63,937 nucleotides of DNA, filler included, from Saprolegnia diclina VS20 (GCF_000281045.1; 5 parts of 5 records of this genome joined end to end with filler, not necessarily neighbours in it), one strand, 5' to 3'; shown: positions 41,358-52,299, counted from the first letter of the whole stretch. The notes: generated from the letters alone by a model not told the origin. Program-made: numbers and translations.

Positions 41358-43625
41358 ATGAAGGCTATCCTCATCCTCTCGACAATGGCGGCGGCGGCGT
41401 CGGCCAAGGTCGCCAGCTCGGTGCTCCGTGCGCTTGAAGTCAACGGCAACGCCGACGTCTTTGTCCGGTTCGCGGATGCCTCGTCGGCGCTGGAAGCCGC
41501 GACACTCGAGTCCAACAAGCCGTTGGAGCGCCAAGAAGTCTTTGAAATTCTCTCGGACGCCACGGCGACGGGCCAAAAAAGCATCGAAGCGGCCACCGCC
41601 GGGTTTGAAGTGACGCCGACGTGGATTGTCTCGGGCGCGTTCATCAAGGCAGCTGACAAGGCGCTCATCGAGAAGCTGACGCAGAACCGAGCGATCAAGT
41701 CGGTCGAGCAAGTGCCCGATATGCAGCTCGAGCCGGTGCTCTCCAAGCCCACCACGGAGGCAGTCGCCGCGCCTGCTGCGTCGCCGAACCAATGGGGTGT
41801 CGACACGGTTGGTGCCCCGGACATCTGGAAGTACACCAACGGCTCCGGTATTGTCATTGGCTCCATCGACACGGGTGCCCGCCACACGCATTTGCTTTTG
41901 AAGGACTCGTGGCGTTCGGATCGTGGCTGGTACGACCCGTACAACCACACGGCACTTCCCGAAGATCTCGGTGGCCACGGCACCCACACGCTCGGCACCA
42001 TGGTGGGCAACCGCGGGTACGGTGTCGCTCCTGGTGCGCAGTGGATCTCGTGCCGCGGTCTCTACGTCAAGAGCGGGTCGGCGCAGGCGCTTCTCGAGTG
42101 CCTGCAATTTATGATCTGCCCGACGCGCACGGACGGCACGCATCCCGACTGCTCCAAGGGCGCGGACGTCATCAACAACTCGTGGGGCAGCAAGACCTTC
42201 CACCCGGTGTACGAAGAAGCGATTGCGTCGATCCGCAAGGCCGGCATCACGCCCATCTTCTCCAACGGCAACGAAGGCCCGGCTTGTGGGACGACCGGTA
42301 GCCCCGGGACGTACCCGAATGTCATCTCGGTCGGCGCCATTGGCTCGTACACGAACGAACCCAACAAGCTCGCGTTCTTCTCGTCCAAAGGCCCTGGCAA
42401 GTACATTGATGCGCACAACGTGCCGCAGACGATCGTCAAGCCGACGATCTCGGCCCCCGGCTTCTTTACGCTCTCGGCCTACAACCACAGTGACACGGGG
42501 CTCGCGTACCTTGCCGGTACCTCGATGGCGGCGCCGCATGTCGCTGGTGTCGTGGCGCTCCTCAAGTCCGTCAAGCGCGACCTGACGTACGACGAGATTT
42601 ATGCCTATTTGACGCAAACAGCCGACCGAACGCTCGAGAGCGAGCCCAACGAGTGGCTGGTACCCAACAAGACGTCCAACAGCACGGATGTTTACCCCGG
42701 TGCCTTCAACTGCGGTGGTGTAGATGATACCAAGTGGCCTAACAACCGGTACGGCTACGGTCGTGTGAACGTCGCCAAGATTCTCGCCGGTGGCAAGTTT
42801 GCGGCCGTCGTGACCCCGACGCCGGTGCCGCGGACGACGCCGCCGGCGCCGATTCAAACGAATTTTTGCACGTACAAGAAGAAGGCACTCTCCGAGCGGA
42901 ACCACGGCTTGTACATTGACACAATCAAGAACAACAAGAACGAGGGCTTTACGATTGACCGCGTCAACAACATCATTGCGGCGTACGCGTCCGAGAATGA
43001 AGACTCGTTTTGCCTTGCGCTCACCAAGGATGCTACCAACACCAACGCGGCGACGCTCACCAAGTGCAAGGGCGACGAGACGCAGATCTGGAAGTTTGAC
43101 ACGGCCGCAAAGCGCATCGTCCACCCCCAATCCGGCTTTTGCCTGACCTCCAACGCCGCCAAGCTCGGTGCCGGTCCCAGCGTCGCTCCGTGCTCGCCCA
43201 GCGCCGTGAGTCAGTACTTTGACGCGTGCGACAACATCAAGGAGAAGAGCTACGTCAAGCTCATCACCAAGAACAACAAGGTCATCTCCGAGTTCTACTC
43301 GGGCGTCTACGCCGACTGGGTCTCGGACTCGGCCAACGAGCTCTTCACGTACGACAACAACGCCAAGACGCTCCAGGTTGCCAGCAACGGCGAGTGCCTC
43401 GACGCCTTCCGCGACGGCGACAAGTTTGGTCTCCACACGTACGCCTGTGACGCTACCAACGCCAACCAAAAGTGGATCATCGACGCCGGCAACCACAAGA
43501 TCAAGCACGCGACGCACAACAACTTGTGCTTGGACGTCGACCCGACGAGCCCGAGTCATGCGGCGCAGGTGTGGGAGTGCCACAACGCCAACACCAACCA
43601 GTGGATCGACGCTGTCGCCTACTAA
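41358..43625 (+). CDS. Secreted subtilisin-like S8 serine protease with two ricin-B lectin domains (divergent paralog)
   Basis: Signal peptide MKAILILSTMAAAASA, IDTG / HGTH / GTSMAAP, PT-rich linker and ricin repeats; intronless. Confidence 0.95.
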   Translation: MKAILILSTMAAAASAKVASSVLRALEVNGNADVFVRFADASSALEAATLESNKPLERQEVFEILSDATATGQKSIEAATAGFEVTPTWIVSGAFIKAADKALIEKLTQNRAIKSVEQVPDMQLEPVLSKPTTEAVAAPAASPNQWGVDTVGAPDIWKYTNGSGIVIGSIDTGARHTHLLLKDSWRSDRGWYDPYNHTALPEDLGGHGTHTLGTMVGNRGYGVAPGAQWISCRGLYVKSGSAQALLECLQFMICPTRTDGTHPDCSKGADVINNSWGSKTFHPVYEEAIASIRKAGITPIFSNGNEGPACGTTGSPGTYPNVISVGAIGSYTNEPNKLAFFSSKGPGKYIDAHNVPQTIVKPTISAPGFFTLSAYNHSDTGLAYLAGTSMAAPHVAGVVALLKSVKRDLTYDEIYAYLTQTADRTLESEPNEWLVPNKTSNSTDVYPGAFNCGGVDDTKWPNNRYGYGRVNVAKILAGGKFAAVVTPTPVPRTTPPAPIQTNFCTYKKKALSERNHGLYIDTIKNNKNEGFTIDRVNNIIAAYASENEDSFCLALTKDATNTNAATLTKCKGDETQIWKFDTAAKRIVHPQSGFCLTSNAAKLGAGPSVAPCSPSAVSQYFDACDNIKEKSYVKLITKNNKVISEFYSGVYADWVSDSANELFTYDNNAKTLQVASNGECLDAFRDGDKFGLHTYACDATNANQKWIIDAGNHKIKHATHNNLCLDVDPTSPSHAAQVWECHNANTNQWIDAVAY

Positions 43626-44006
43626 GTCGTTTGGCGATTTCAGCATAACTCTGTGTGAACAAATATGGAGCGTTTTCTCTCATTTGGATTGCGATTTGTG
43701 CCGGATATGGAAATAGCTGCACACGGCCAGACTTGGTGATTTGTATTTGACTATTTTCAAGGTAGGAGCCCTGATGGAGCCCCACCACATACAAGTACAT
43801 GCAACGAACGCGAATGACAGACGCCGCCGACCCTTCCATCGCTCTCAACCTGCATGTTGAATCGTACCAATGACGTGGCACTCTGAACGTGCACATACTC
43901 GCACGATGATTGGTAGATCTATGTTTGCACTTCAGATGGTCATCAAAGGTCGTTTCGTCAGTGACCCCATTTCCCATTTGTCATTCTATATCGCAAGTGA
44001 CGTGGG

Positions 44007-45539
44007 ATGGCGGCGCAGCGACCACGCCTTGCGACAACATCGGTGCTCGACATCACATGTGTCCCTGTCCTCGTTGTCCAGTGCATCGCGTCGTCCGACG
44101 ACGTGGCTTCGTTTCTTCAAGCGATGCCAGCCGCAGTCCTCACCCCCGAACTCGTCGCGCTGCGTGAGCTCATGACAGCACCCGACGCGCAGCCGCACTA
44201 CTACTGGCCTACGATGCACCTAACCATGACAACTGACTTTGAAGTCGACCGTATCGTCACTGCCATGCCCATCGTTCCCCGCGCGTCGTTTCGCAAATTG
44301 AACGTGAGCCAGCGCTCGCCAGCGAGTAAACACCCCGATATCCGTTTACCGTTTTGCGCGTTTGTCGCCACATGGGCGCTCAAGTTTCGGGAAGTGACCA
44401 TTTCAGCAACCGATCTCGAAGAGCACCGAGTCTAAATTTGTGATATGCTGCGTCACTGCACTCGCCTTGAGAGCGTGGATCTTACGTTGAACGAGGACGT
44501 CTTGGCGGCGATGACGACGCCCGCGCACAGTGTGTCCAGCATTACTATCGAGCTGCCGAATGACGCAGTGGCAGCGTACGAAAGATGTCCAGCGGCGCTG
44601 CTGTCGTGGCTCGCGTCAGGCTGCGCTAACACTTTGACCCTCGACGAGTTTGGCGCTGCAACGGACGCTGTATTGGCGCACGCAGTAGCGTCGGCGCCAA
44701 CGCTGTCGAAGCTGGCTTTAATGGATTCGGAGGGTCTTCTCAACAGCCTCGTTGCCAACGGCGCCATGTTGACGCACATGACGGATCTCGCCATTCGATC
44801 GACCACGTCCGATGTGGTGGTTGCAGCGCTTGTCCCACTGCTCGCTCTATCAAGGATGCAAAAGCTTCGAATCGATTGCTGGCACAGTCATCGCATTGAT
44901 TTGGGCTACCTTGCGCAGATGCTGTCGCGCACGCCACACCTCGTCGAGCTTCGCCTTCAGGGTGTTTTGTTTGGCGATTCCGTGCTGGCTGAGGGGCCGA
45001 CTGCCTCGAATGACAACTTGCCGCTCTTGACGATTCGCCATGTTTTGTTTCGGAGCGTCCGCTTTACAAAAGCGGGTTTTGATGCTATCTTGAGCTGGCT
45101 CGATCGCGTCACGACCCTCGACCACATCGACTGGAGGTTTTCCACCTTTCTCAGCGACAATGTGGACTGCGCAGTTCGAGCAATCCAGTGCTGCGTCAAG
45201 GCCGGTGCGCGCTTCATCAGCTTGAATGGCTGCGGGTTTCAGCTGCAGAGCACGGTAGCGTTGGCCAAGGGGTTTCGTTATATTCGATCTCGTCACAGCA
45301 TCGAATTTGACCTTGGGAGCAATCGGATGTATCTTGGTGGGACGCGGGCGCTTCTCAAGGCGCTTGGGGCGTGCACGAATGTCTCGATGCGACTCCACTC
45401 AGATACGATTCCGCTCATAAAGGACTCTGACGCGCAGCTAACGAAAGCGCGAGCATCTGGCGTCACCGTCGAGTGGACGGGCAAGATCCTCTGGCTTCGC
45501 AGTCCCGTCGGTGATCTCGATGCGACGCCAGCCAAGTAA
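44007..45539 (+). pseudogene. F-box-like/RNI-LRR family copy 2, full length with one in-frame TAA at 44433-44435
   Basis: ORFs 44007-44435 and 44445-45539 share a frame (HRV*ICDMLRHC). LxxLxL repeats and C-terminal FDLGSNRM..RALLKALGACTNVS. Confidence 0.7.
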
Positions 45540-45639
45540 ACAGTTAACATCCATATGCACTTGACTTGCTCTTTTTGCCAAAACTATATATCGAAACGTA
45601 GGAGTTTGTTTCGAACCAAAGACGAGAACGCGCAATGAG

Positions 45640-47490
45640 CTATTGCCTACGCCAAGGTACGGCTGCGAATGTAGATCTCGCGATCCGATATGTCGACTGT
45701 GACACCGGCGGCTCTCGCTTTTTTACGTGCGGCGTACTGCATTCAATAGACTCTTGCCATTCGATTGGCAGTTTGACCGTCACATTGGTGCACGTTGCGA
45801 TCGCCGTGAGCAGTGCACGGACACCACCAAGCCGAAACGTGTTGTTTGAGAGGCCGATCTGGACGCCAACACGAAATGGGTCTTGTGCAAGGTCTTGGCC
45901 AGCGCAGAGACGCCGCCGGTGTCGATGTCGCAGCCTTTGAACCGTCCGTTGGCGACACCCGCGAGAATGCAGGCGCGAAGGACTTGCGCAGCGCTCCCTT
46001 TGTGTTTGCCAAAGTACGCGCAGCTGTCCCACGCGACAAGCTCGAGCTGCTTCGACCGCGTAGCAAAGTCGACCAACGCGCCCACACTCGCATCACACAG
46101 GTCGACGGCTTCGACGTGTAAGGTGCGCAGCATCGAGCGTGACATCATAGGCCGAGGCGCGAAGACGTCCTCGAGGTCGACATACCCGATGTGTAGATTC
46201 TCAAGCGCGGTCAAATAAGGTAGCATCGCTACTGCGCAATCGCTGAGATCGATATGGTTCACACTCCAGATCGCGAGAGACTTCATGTTGGGCAATGCAA
46301 GCAGTCTGATGACGTGGGGGGCCGCGTGGGTCGCGCGGTAGAATTTCTGCTTACAACTCCCAAGGTCGCCGGTTCGATCCCGAGCACCGACAAGAAGTTC
46401 ATATATCGACTCTGAGGATCATTAGTCAGTATAACGAATCCAATATAATATGATGATGATGAAGCAGTCTGATGACGTGTGGGGTTTCCTCGCTCGCATA
46501 CGACTCTATATCGAGCTTCGTGATCGAAGTTAATGCAGCACCGTTGGTGACAAGACCGCAAAGGATGGCGTCCGACCGAAACAAGCGGAGACGCGACAGT
46601 GTTGACGACGACAATAACGCCACCATTTCGCTGCAAACAAGTTCCAGTTGAGTGCGTCAAGACGCAGCTCGGCCCTACGTCGCAACCAATGGTGACACCA
46701 GCGCGCAGCTCATCGAGACGCTGTTCAGGACNNNNNNNNNNNNNNNNNNNNNNNNNNNNNNNNNNNNNNNNNNNNNNNNNNNNNNNNNNNNNNNNNNNNN
46801 NNNNNNNNNNNNNNNNNNNNNNNNNNNNNNNNNNNNNNNNNNNNNNNNNNNNNNNNNNNNNNNNNNNNNNNNNNNNNNNNNNNNNNNNNNNNNNNNNNNN
46901 NNNNNNNNNNNNNNNNNNNNNNNNNNNNNNNNNNNNNNNNNNNNNNNNNNNNNNNNNNNNNNNNNNNNNNNNNNNNNNNNNNNNNNNNNNNNNNNNNNNN
47001 NNNNNNNNNNNNNNNNNNNNNNNNNNNNNNNNNNNNNNNNNNNNNNNNNNNNNNNNNNNNNNNNNNNNNNNNNNNNNNNNNNNNNNNNNNNNNNNNNNNN
47101 NNNNNNNNNNNNNNNNNNNNNNNNNNNNNNNNNNNNNNNNNNNNNNNNNNNNNNNNNNNNNNNNNNNNNNNNNNNNNNNNNNNNNNNNNNNNNNNNNNNN
47201 NNNNNNNNNNNNNNNNNNNNNNNNNNNNNNNNNNNNNNNNNNNNNNNNNNNNNNNNNNNNNNNNNCCAATGGTGACACCAGCGCGCAGCTCATCGAGACG
47301 CTGTTCAGGACGATGCTTGTTGAAAAGAGGCACGGCCGTGACCACGTGATCGACTCTGTCGTCAGTTGCTTTGGCGAAGCACACCTGCGGCTTGTATGTG
47401 CTGGCGTTGGAGCTCACGAAGACCAGTCAGTGGAGGCCACCAAAAGCTGGAGCAACAAAACCATGGCTGGGAGAACGCCGTCACTGCTCG
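45640..47490 (-). pseudogene. F-box-like/RNI-LRR family copy 3, with SINE insertion, frameshifts and an apparent internal deletion
   Basis: Homologous segments VDHVVTAVPLFN, LFAAKW, ILCGLVTNGA, GCDIDTGGVSALAK and LSNN..VRALLTAIATCTNVTVKL match the copy at 50191-51668. Confidence 0.7.
46317..46461 (+). mobile_element. tRNA-derived SINE (145 bp) with 18-bp target-site duplication
   Basis: TSD AAGCAGTCTGATGACGTG at 46299-46316 and 46462-46479, A box TGGGTCGCGCGG, B box GGTTCGATCC, and an (ATG)n tail. Excision restores the host frame HVIRLL-ALPNMKSL. Confidence 0.9.
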
Positions 47491-47628
47491 AGGAGCCATA
47501 CAACGTCGACGGGATGTCAATGGATATTAATCTTGGCGAAAACCGACGACTTATCATGTTTGAGATTATGCGGAGAATGTATTGTATAGTGCCGTATCCG
47601 GATGGTCAACTAGGTACTGTACCTAATG

Positions 47629-47670
47629 ATCAACTCGGTTATCAACTCGGTTATCAACTCGGTTATCAAC
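47629..47670 (+). repeat. Tandem repeat ATCAACTCGGTT x3.5
   Basis: Direct reading of 12-bp units upstream of the Hsp70-like gene. Confidence 0.9.
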
Positions 47671-47748
47671 AGACCTGATTTGGATTTTAGCCAGCTCGTC
47701 GCTTTAGCATTTTCATTTTTCCGAGCAAGACCAAGGACGAGCAACACG

Positions 47749-49735
47749 ATGGCGGGCGGGTCTAAAAGTGTCGTGATCGGCATCGATCTCGGAACGACAA
47801 CGTGTCTGGCGCAACGGCCAAGTCGAGCTTGTCTGCAATGACTATGGTAACTTGTCGACTCCGTCGTGCGTCGCCTTTACCGACTCTGGCCGTCGCGTTG
47901 GCGACTTCGCCAAAAGCCAAGCGCACCGAAACGCGCTCAATACGGTCTTCGACTTTATGCGCATCATTGGCCGCCGCTACGACGAGGTGCGCAAGACGGC
48001 CCAGGTTGTGCGCGGCTCCATGAACAACCCTATAATCCGCGTTATCGAGAAGGGTGATGCCAAGGAGCTCCATCCCGAAGAGGTCTTGGCCGAGCTTGTG
48101 GTCAAGCTCAAGGACGACGTTGCGGCGTACACGAACGCTCGCATCGAACATGCAATTGTCACGGTGCCCACCGGCTTTAATTTGCTCCAGCGCCAGGCAG
48201 TCCGAGACGCATGTGCCATTGCTGGACTCACAAATTACCGCATCAAAGACGTGTCGACCACTGCCGCCGTCGGACACACGTCCATCAAGGGCATGCCCCG
48301 TCGCGAGGGGCATGACATGGTCGTCGACTTGGGTGGGGGCCACCTCAGCGTCCCGCTGCTGATGATTGAAAACGGCATTTTCGAAGTCGAGGCTGTTGCC
48401 GGCATCACCTGCCTCGGTGGAGAGGACTTTGATGACCATCTGTACGACCACTTTGTGGCCGAGTTTTCGCGCAAACACCGCAAGGACATGACAACGTGCA
48501 ATCGCGCTGTGCGTCGCCTTCGCACAGCGTGCGAAAAGGTCAAGCGCGACCTCTCCGTCTCCAACACGGCGACGCTCGAGCTTGAGATGCTCTTTGGCGA
48601 CATCGATTTTTGCTCGAGCATCACCCGGGCGCGATTCGAAGCCTTGTGCTCTGAGCTCTTCAGCAAAGTGACGAAGCTCATTGAGAAAGTCCTTCGCGAC
48701 GCCAAGATCAACAAGAGTCAAGTGCGTGACGTTGTGCTAGCTGGTGGCTCGATGCGCATGCCCAAAATGCAGCAACTGCTCTCGACGTTTTTTGGTGGAG
48801 CCAACGTCGACAAGAAGCTCTGCCACTCGATCCTCAACAACAACGAAGCTGCCGCTCACGGCGCTACGGTCATGGCAGCGGCCGTGTACGGCGAAACGTG
48901 GCCTGACTCGCGCTTTCTCGTCCTCGACGCCGTGTCCGACTCTGTTGGGATTGAAACCGACGGGGGTGTTTTGACATCACTGATCTCGCGCAACACGACC
49001 ATACCAGCCAAGAAGTCCAAGAAGTTTGAAATTTTCCTGTGAAAGCTTCGGTACAACCCGACGCCATGGGATTTTCTCGACGAGCGCACCTGCAACGACA
49101 CGGACGACTCGGACGACGAGTGCACCTGCAATGACTCGGACGATGACTGCACCTGCAGTCGGTGCAGTAAAGAGCACTGCCAGGAGTGCATTGAATGCCT
49201 CTACGGCGGGAGACACGGCATCGACCCACCGAAAGAACCATTCATTGAAGCCACAGAAAACGCGATCAAGATCTTTGCGGGCGAACGATCGATGACACGC
49301 GACAACACCCATCTCCACACGATTGCGATCCACGGCTAATACGACCCGACAGCGAGAAGCGACGTCACATTCGACATCGATGAGCGCGGTCTTTTGACTG
49401 CCACCGTCAAGTACACGCCACATATCGGAATGAACGAAACGTTCGTCGTCAAGTTGGACAAGGGATACCTCTCGCAGGATGACGTCAAGCGGTTGAGGAC
49501 AAGCTTTGAGGCTGCTGCAAACGACCGAGCCCGCCGGCGAGTGGCCCACGAGGCGCTTCAGACGTAGTATGCGAATGCGTTCCGCAACGACCCGCAGGAG
49601 AAGCTGCATGCTGACGCGGTGGAAGTGCTCGAGTGGCTCGATATCATCTCTCTTGGCCGTCACATCATGGCCAGTGCTGACGAGATCCAAGCCAAGTATC
49701 AGATCTTGAGCCCTAAAATCGAAGAAGTCGACTAA
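47749..49735 (+). pseudogene. Divergent Hsp70 (DnaK family) pseudogene
   Basis: GIDLGTT, TPSCVAFTD, DLGGG, LGGEDFD, RRLRTACE, TRARFE, LAGGSMRMP, RNTTIP, GERSMTRDN and VTFDID. Frameshift near 47800 and in-frame stops at 49040, 49337 and 49565; terminal TAA at 49733-49735; no EEVD-type problem (ends EEVD*). Confidence 0.88.
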
Positions 49736-50045
49736 ATTGCTCCGATCCGGCGTGTTGCACTCCAAGTCCATGTGCGCTGAAAGGCGACCGAGTGTGTGAA
49801 ACGTTAAAATATATTTATGTAGTTTATGATCAACTGCTTAATGCGTTGACGCATCGCTAAAGCTCAAAAGTATCCTTGCGTTTGTGTTCGCCTGAACATC
49901 ATTGCCATCTGTGGAGTCAAAGTCAAGTTGTCGTTTTCGTCCGGTAAAACAGGCAGATCATAGTGAACTTTAGTCCCTAGTACCAGTACACTTGAGGTAC
50001 GGTTTCTGTGCGATAACTCTAGTCAAGAAAGGGTGTTCTTGTCGA

Positions 50046-50120
50046 CTTCTTTTAGTCTAGCGGTTTTTACACTGGTTTACCACCAGGTAGAACCAGGTTC
50101 AAGTCTCGGAGAGAGCACCA
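50046..50120 (+). tRNA. tRNA-like pseudogene (Val-TAC-like loop) ending in CCA
   Basis: A box TAGTCTAGCGG and B box GGTTCAAGTC. The acceptor stem pairs at 6 of 7 positions (CTTCTTT/AGAGAGC, with G-U pairs), the anticodon arm is CTGG-TTTACCA-CCAG, and the D stem is weak. Confidence 0.5.
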
Positions 50121-50190
50121 CTTTCTGATTACTCTCGTCAAAATCCTCCATAGTGCAAAGAGCTATTGAACGTCGATCAATTTCGCGAAA

Positions 50191-51668
50191 CTAACTTCTA
50201 GTCGAATGCAGCGTCAGCACGTAGCTCGGCCATTCGTTGCGCAGGCACCACTCGATGGTGACCCCCGCTTGCTTTGCCTGGGCGTCGTCGTCCACCGAGA
50301 GGGTGCGAAGGCTGTTCGTCAGTTTGATCGACACGTTGGTGCACGTGGCGAGCGCTGAGAGCAATGCGCGCGCCGCCGCGATGAGCATCTTGTTGCGCGA
50401 GAGGTCGATCATAATGCGATGACGTGCGTGGGTGTTGCGGAGTCCGTGGGCCAAGGCCGTTGCGCCATGCGTATCAATACCGCAGTCTTCGAACGCCACA
50501 GTGTGGGCGAGAGAGCGGATGCATCGTTGGACTGTATCGATGGCGCAGCCAATATCGGCGCCAAAGACCGCACAGCTCATCCATACGACCGACTCGAGAC
50601 AGGGCGAGCGCGTGACCCAGTCGAGTACGTTTGCTACGCTTGTGGCCGTGCACTCGACGAAACATAATTTAAGCTTTCGCATCGTCGTCACGGCGGCAGC
50701 ATTGATCCTCGGCAAAGTGCGCAGATCGATGCGTTTGAGGGTGAGTTGCTCGAGCGCTACGAGCTCGGCAAGCGCTGGAGCAAGGCCAACGACTTCGGCG
50801 AGCTCGTAGACCATGACAGAGAGCTTCCGGAGCACGCGCGGGTTTAGCAACGGCAGAACGCGCCCTGGTTCGTCATAAACATGTATAGTAAGCTCGGGCA
50901 GGTAGGTGCAGCGAGCGCCGTTCGAAGCGAGGGCGGCAAGAATGCCCTCGGACTTCACCAGCTCGAGCTTCGTTATGTGCGGAGACAAGGCGAGCACACG
51001 CGCCAGGCCAGCGTCGCGCGTGGCGTGCAGCATGCGAAACGTGATGCGGCGTCTGGGACCTGACGCAAGCCAGCGCTGGATGAGCAACGCGGCTTCCAGC
51101 GGGTAATGTTTCGCATGCAGGGAACAGAGATCGAGGTCCGGCACGTTGTGGGCGGGGGTTGTCACTGCCTCGAGGAGGTCCAGCTCGTACGGCATGTACG
51201 CATGCTTGATGCTTGTGCACTGGCGCAGTGCACGGCAGAAATCTGGGCGGTACTTTTGGCAGAGATCTTGTCGAGGTCCAATCGTACCACCTTCTTGGCC
51301 CACTTCGCAAGAAACGCGCAAAAGCCAAAGCTGTAGGTGGCGTCCTCACTTGGTGGCCATCGCTTGCTCATCGAGAAGCCGCCAAGTACAATACTGTTAA
51401 AAAGAGGCACAGCAGCGACCACAAAGGCGACGTCATCGTCCTTTGTTTTGCTGAGCGATGCCACCGGCCAGTATGGGCTGTAGCCGGAGCTCACGGTGGG
51501 CACCAAGAGCTGGAGAAGTGCAGTCATCGCGGGCGTTAGCACACTCGGTGGCAGCGCTTGAAGAAACGACACCACATCATTGGGCTTTGGCGTGCACTGG
51601 ATAATCGTCGTGAGGACGTCGGTGACGCCAAGGACCGACGCGGGCGCCTGTCGGGGTCGCTGGGCCAT
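50191..51668 (-). pseudogene. F-box-like/RNI-LRR family copy 4, single frameshift near 51270
   Basis: MAQRPRQAPASVLGV..IIQC..DVVSFLQALP in one frame; the LRR body and IDLSRNKM..RALLSALATCTNVSIKL lie in another frame. Confidence 0.7.
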
Positions 51669-51670
51669 CA

Positions 51671-51770
51671 NNNNNNNNNNNNNNNNNNNNNNNNNNNNNN
51701 NNNNNNNNNNNNNNTTAATTAATTAANNNNNNNNNNNNNNNNNNNNNNNNNNNNNNNNNNNNNNNNNNNN
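51671..51770. other. Assembly spacer N-TTAATTAATTAA-N
   Basis: Six-frame-stop linker inside Ns. Confidence 0.95.
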
Positions 51771-52120
51771 GATGCAGCAGATGAAGGGCATCTACCGGGT
51801 CCAAGAGGCTCGCTTGCAGAAGTTGCATGTCCAGGCGCGGGAGCTCACGGCATGTTTTGCGTGCACATGGGAACACCACCCTCGCGAGTTCAACCAAGCC
51901 ACGGATCATTTGTCCAAGCTCGCACCCGACGACGGTACCTCGTACGCGCATCCCGACGACGGATGGCACGATGTACTGCCGGCCGAGGAACTCCTGCGCG
52001 TTGAAGAGCTTTTGGCCGCCGACGTTCAACACACAACTAGTACGTAAGTCTTAGTAGGTGGAGTATTTAGTCTGTATAAAGATTTCAATCCATATCATAT
52101 CAATTTATCAATAAATAAAG
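51771..52120 (+). mobile_element. 3' end of a retroelement ORF with an RNase HI-like domain, truncated by the gap
   Basis: QQMKGIYRV..L..L...A......WEHHPREFNQATDHLSK matches the RNase HI C-terminal H.PR..N..AD.L motif. It is followed by a stop and an AT-rich tail with AATAAATAAA. Confidence 0.65.
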
Positions 52121-52299
52121 TACTAGTACAGTACAAGTCGTCAGGGATCTTCGAACTACAATTTTAGTCGACTTGGAAAACAACCTGTGATCCCAATATT
52201 TGGCCGTTGTTGGTCTTTCAGTGGCGTACACCACAGCTCCGGCAGGCCCTAATCTTTTTATGGAGCAGAGTGCTCCATGTGCCGCCGTCAACCATCGTA

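Noticed and set aside
41355..43646. 763-aa ORF antisense to the second subtilase
   Set aside because: Same codon-bias mirror effect; it spans almost exactly the real gene.
47629..47670. Short repeat array as CRISPR-like
   Set aside because: Head-to-tail 12-bp units with no spacers, no cas genes, and a eukaryotic context.
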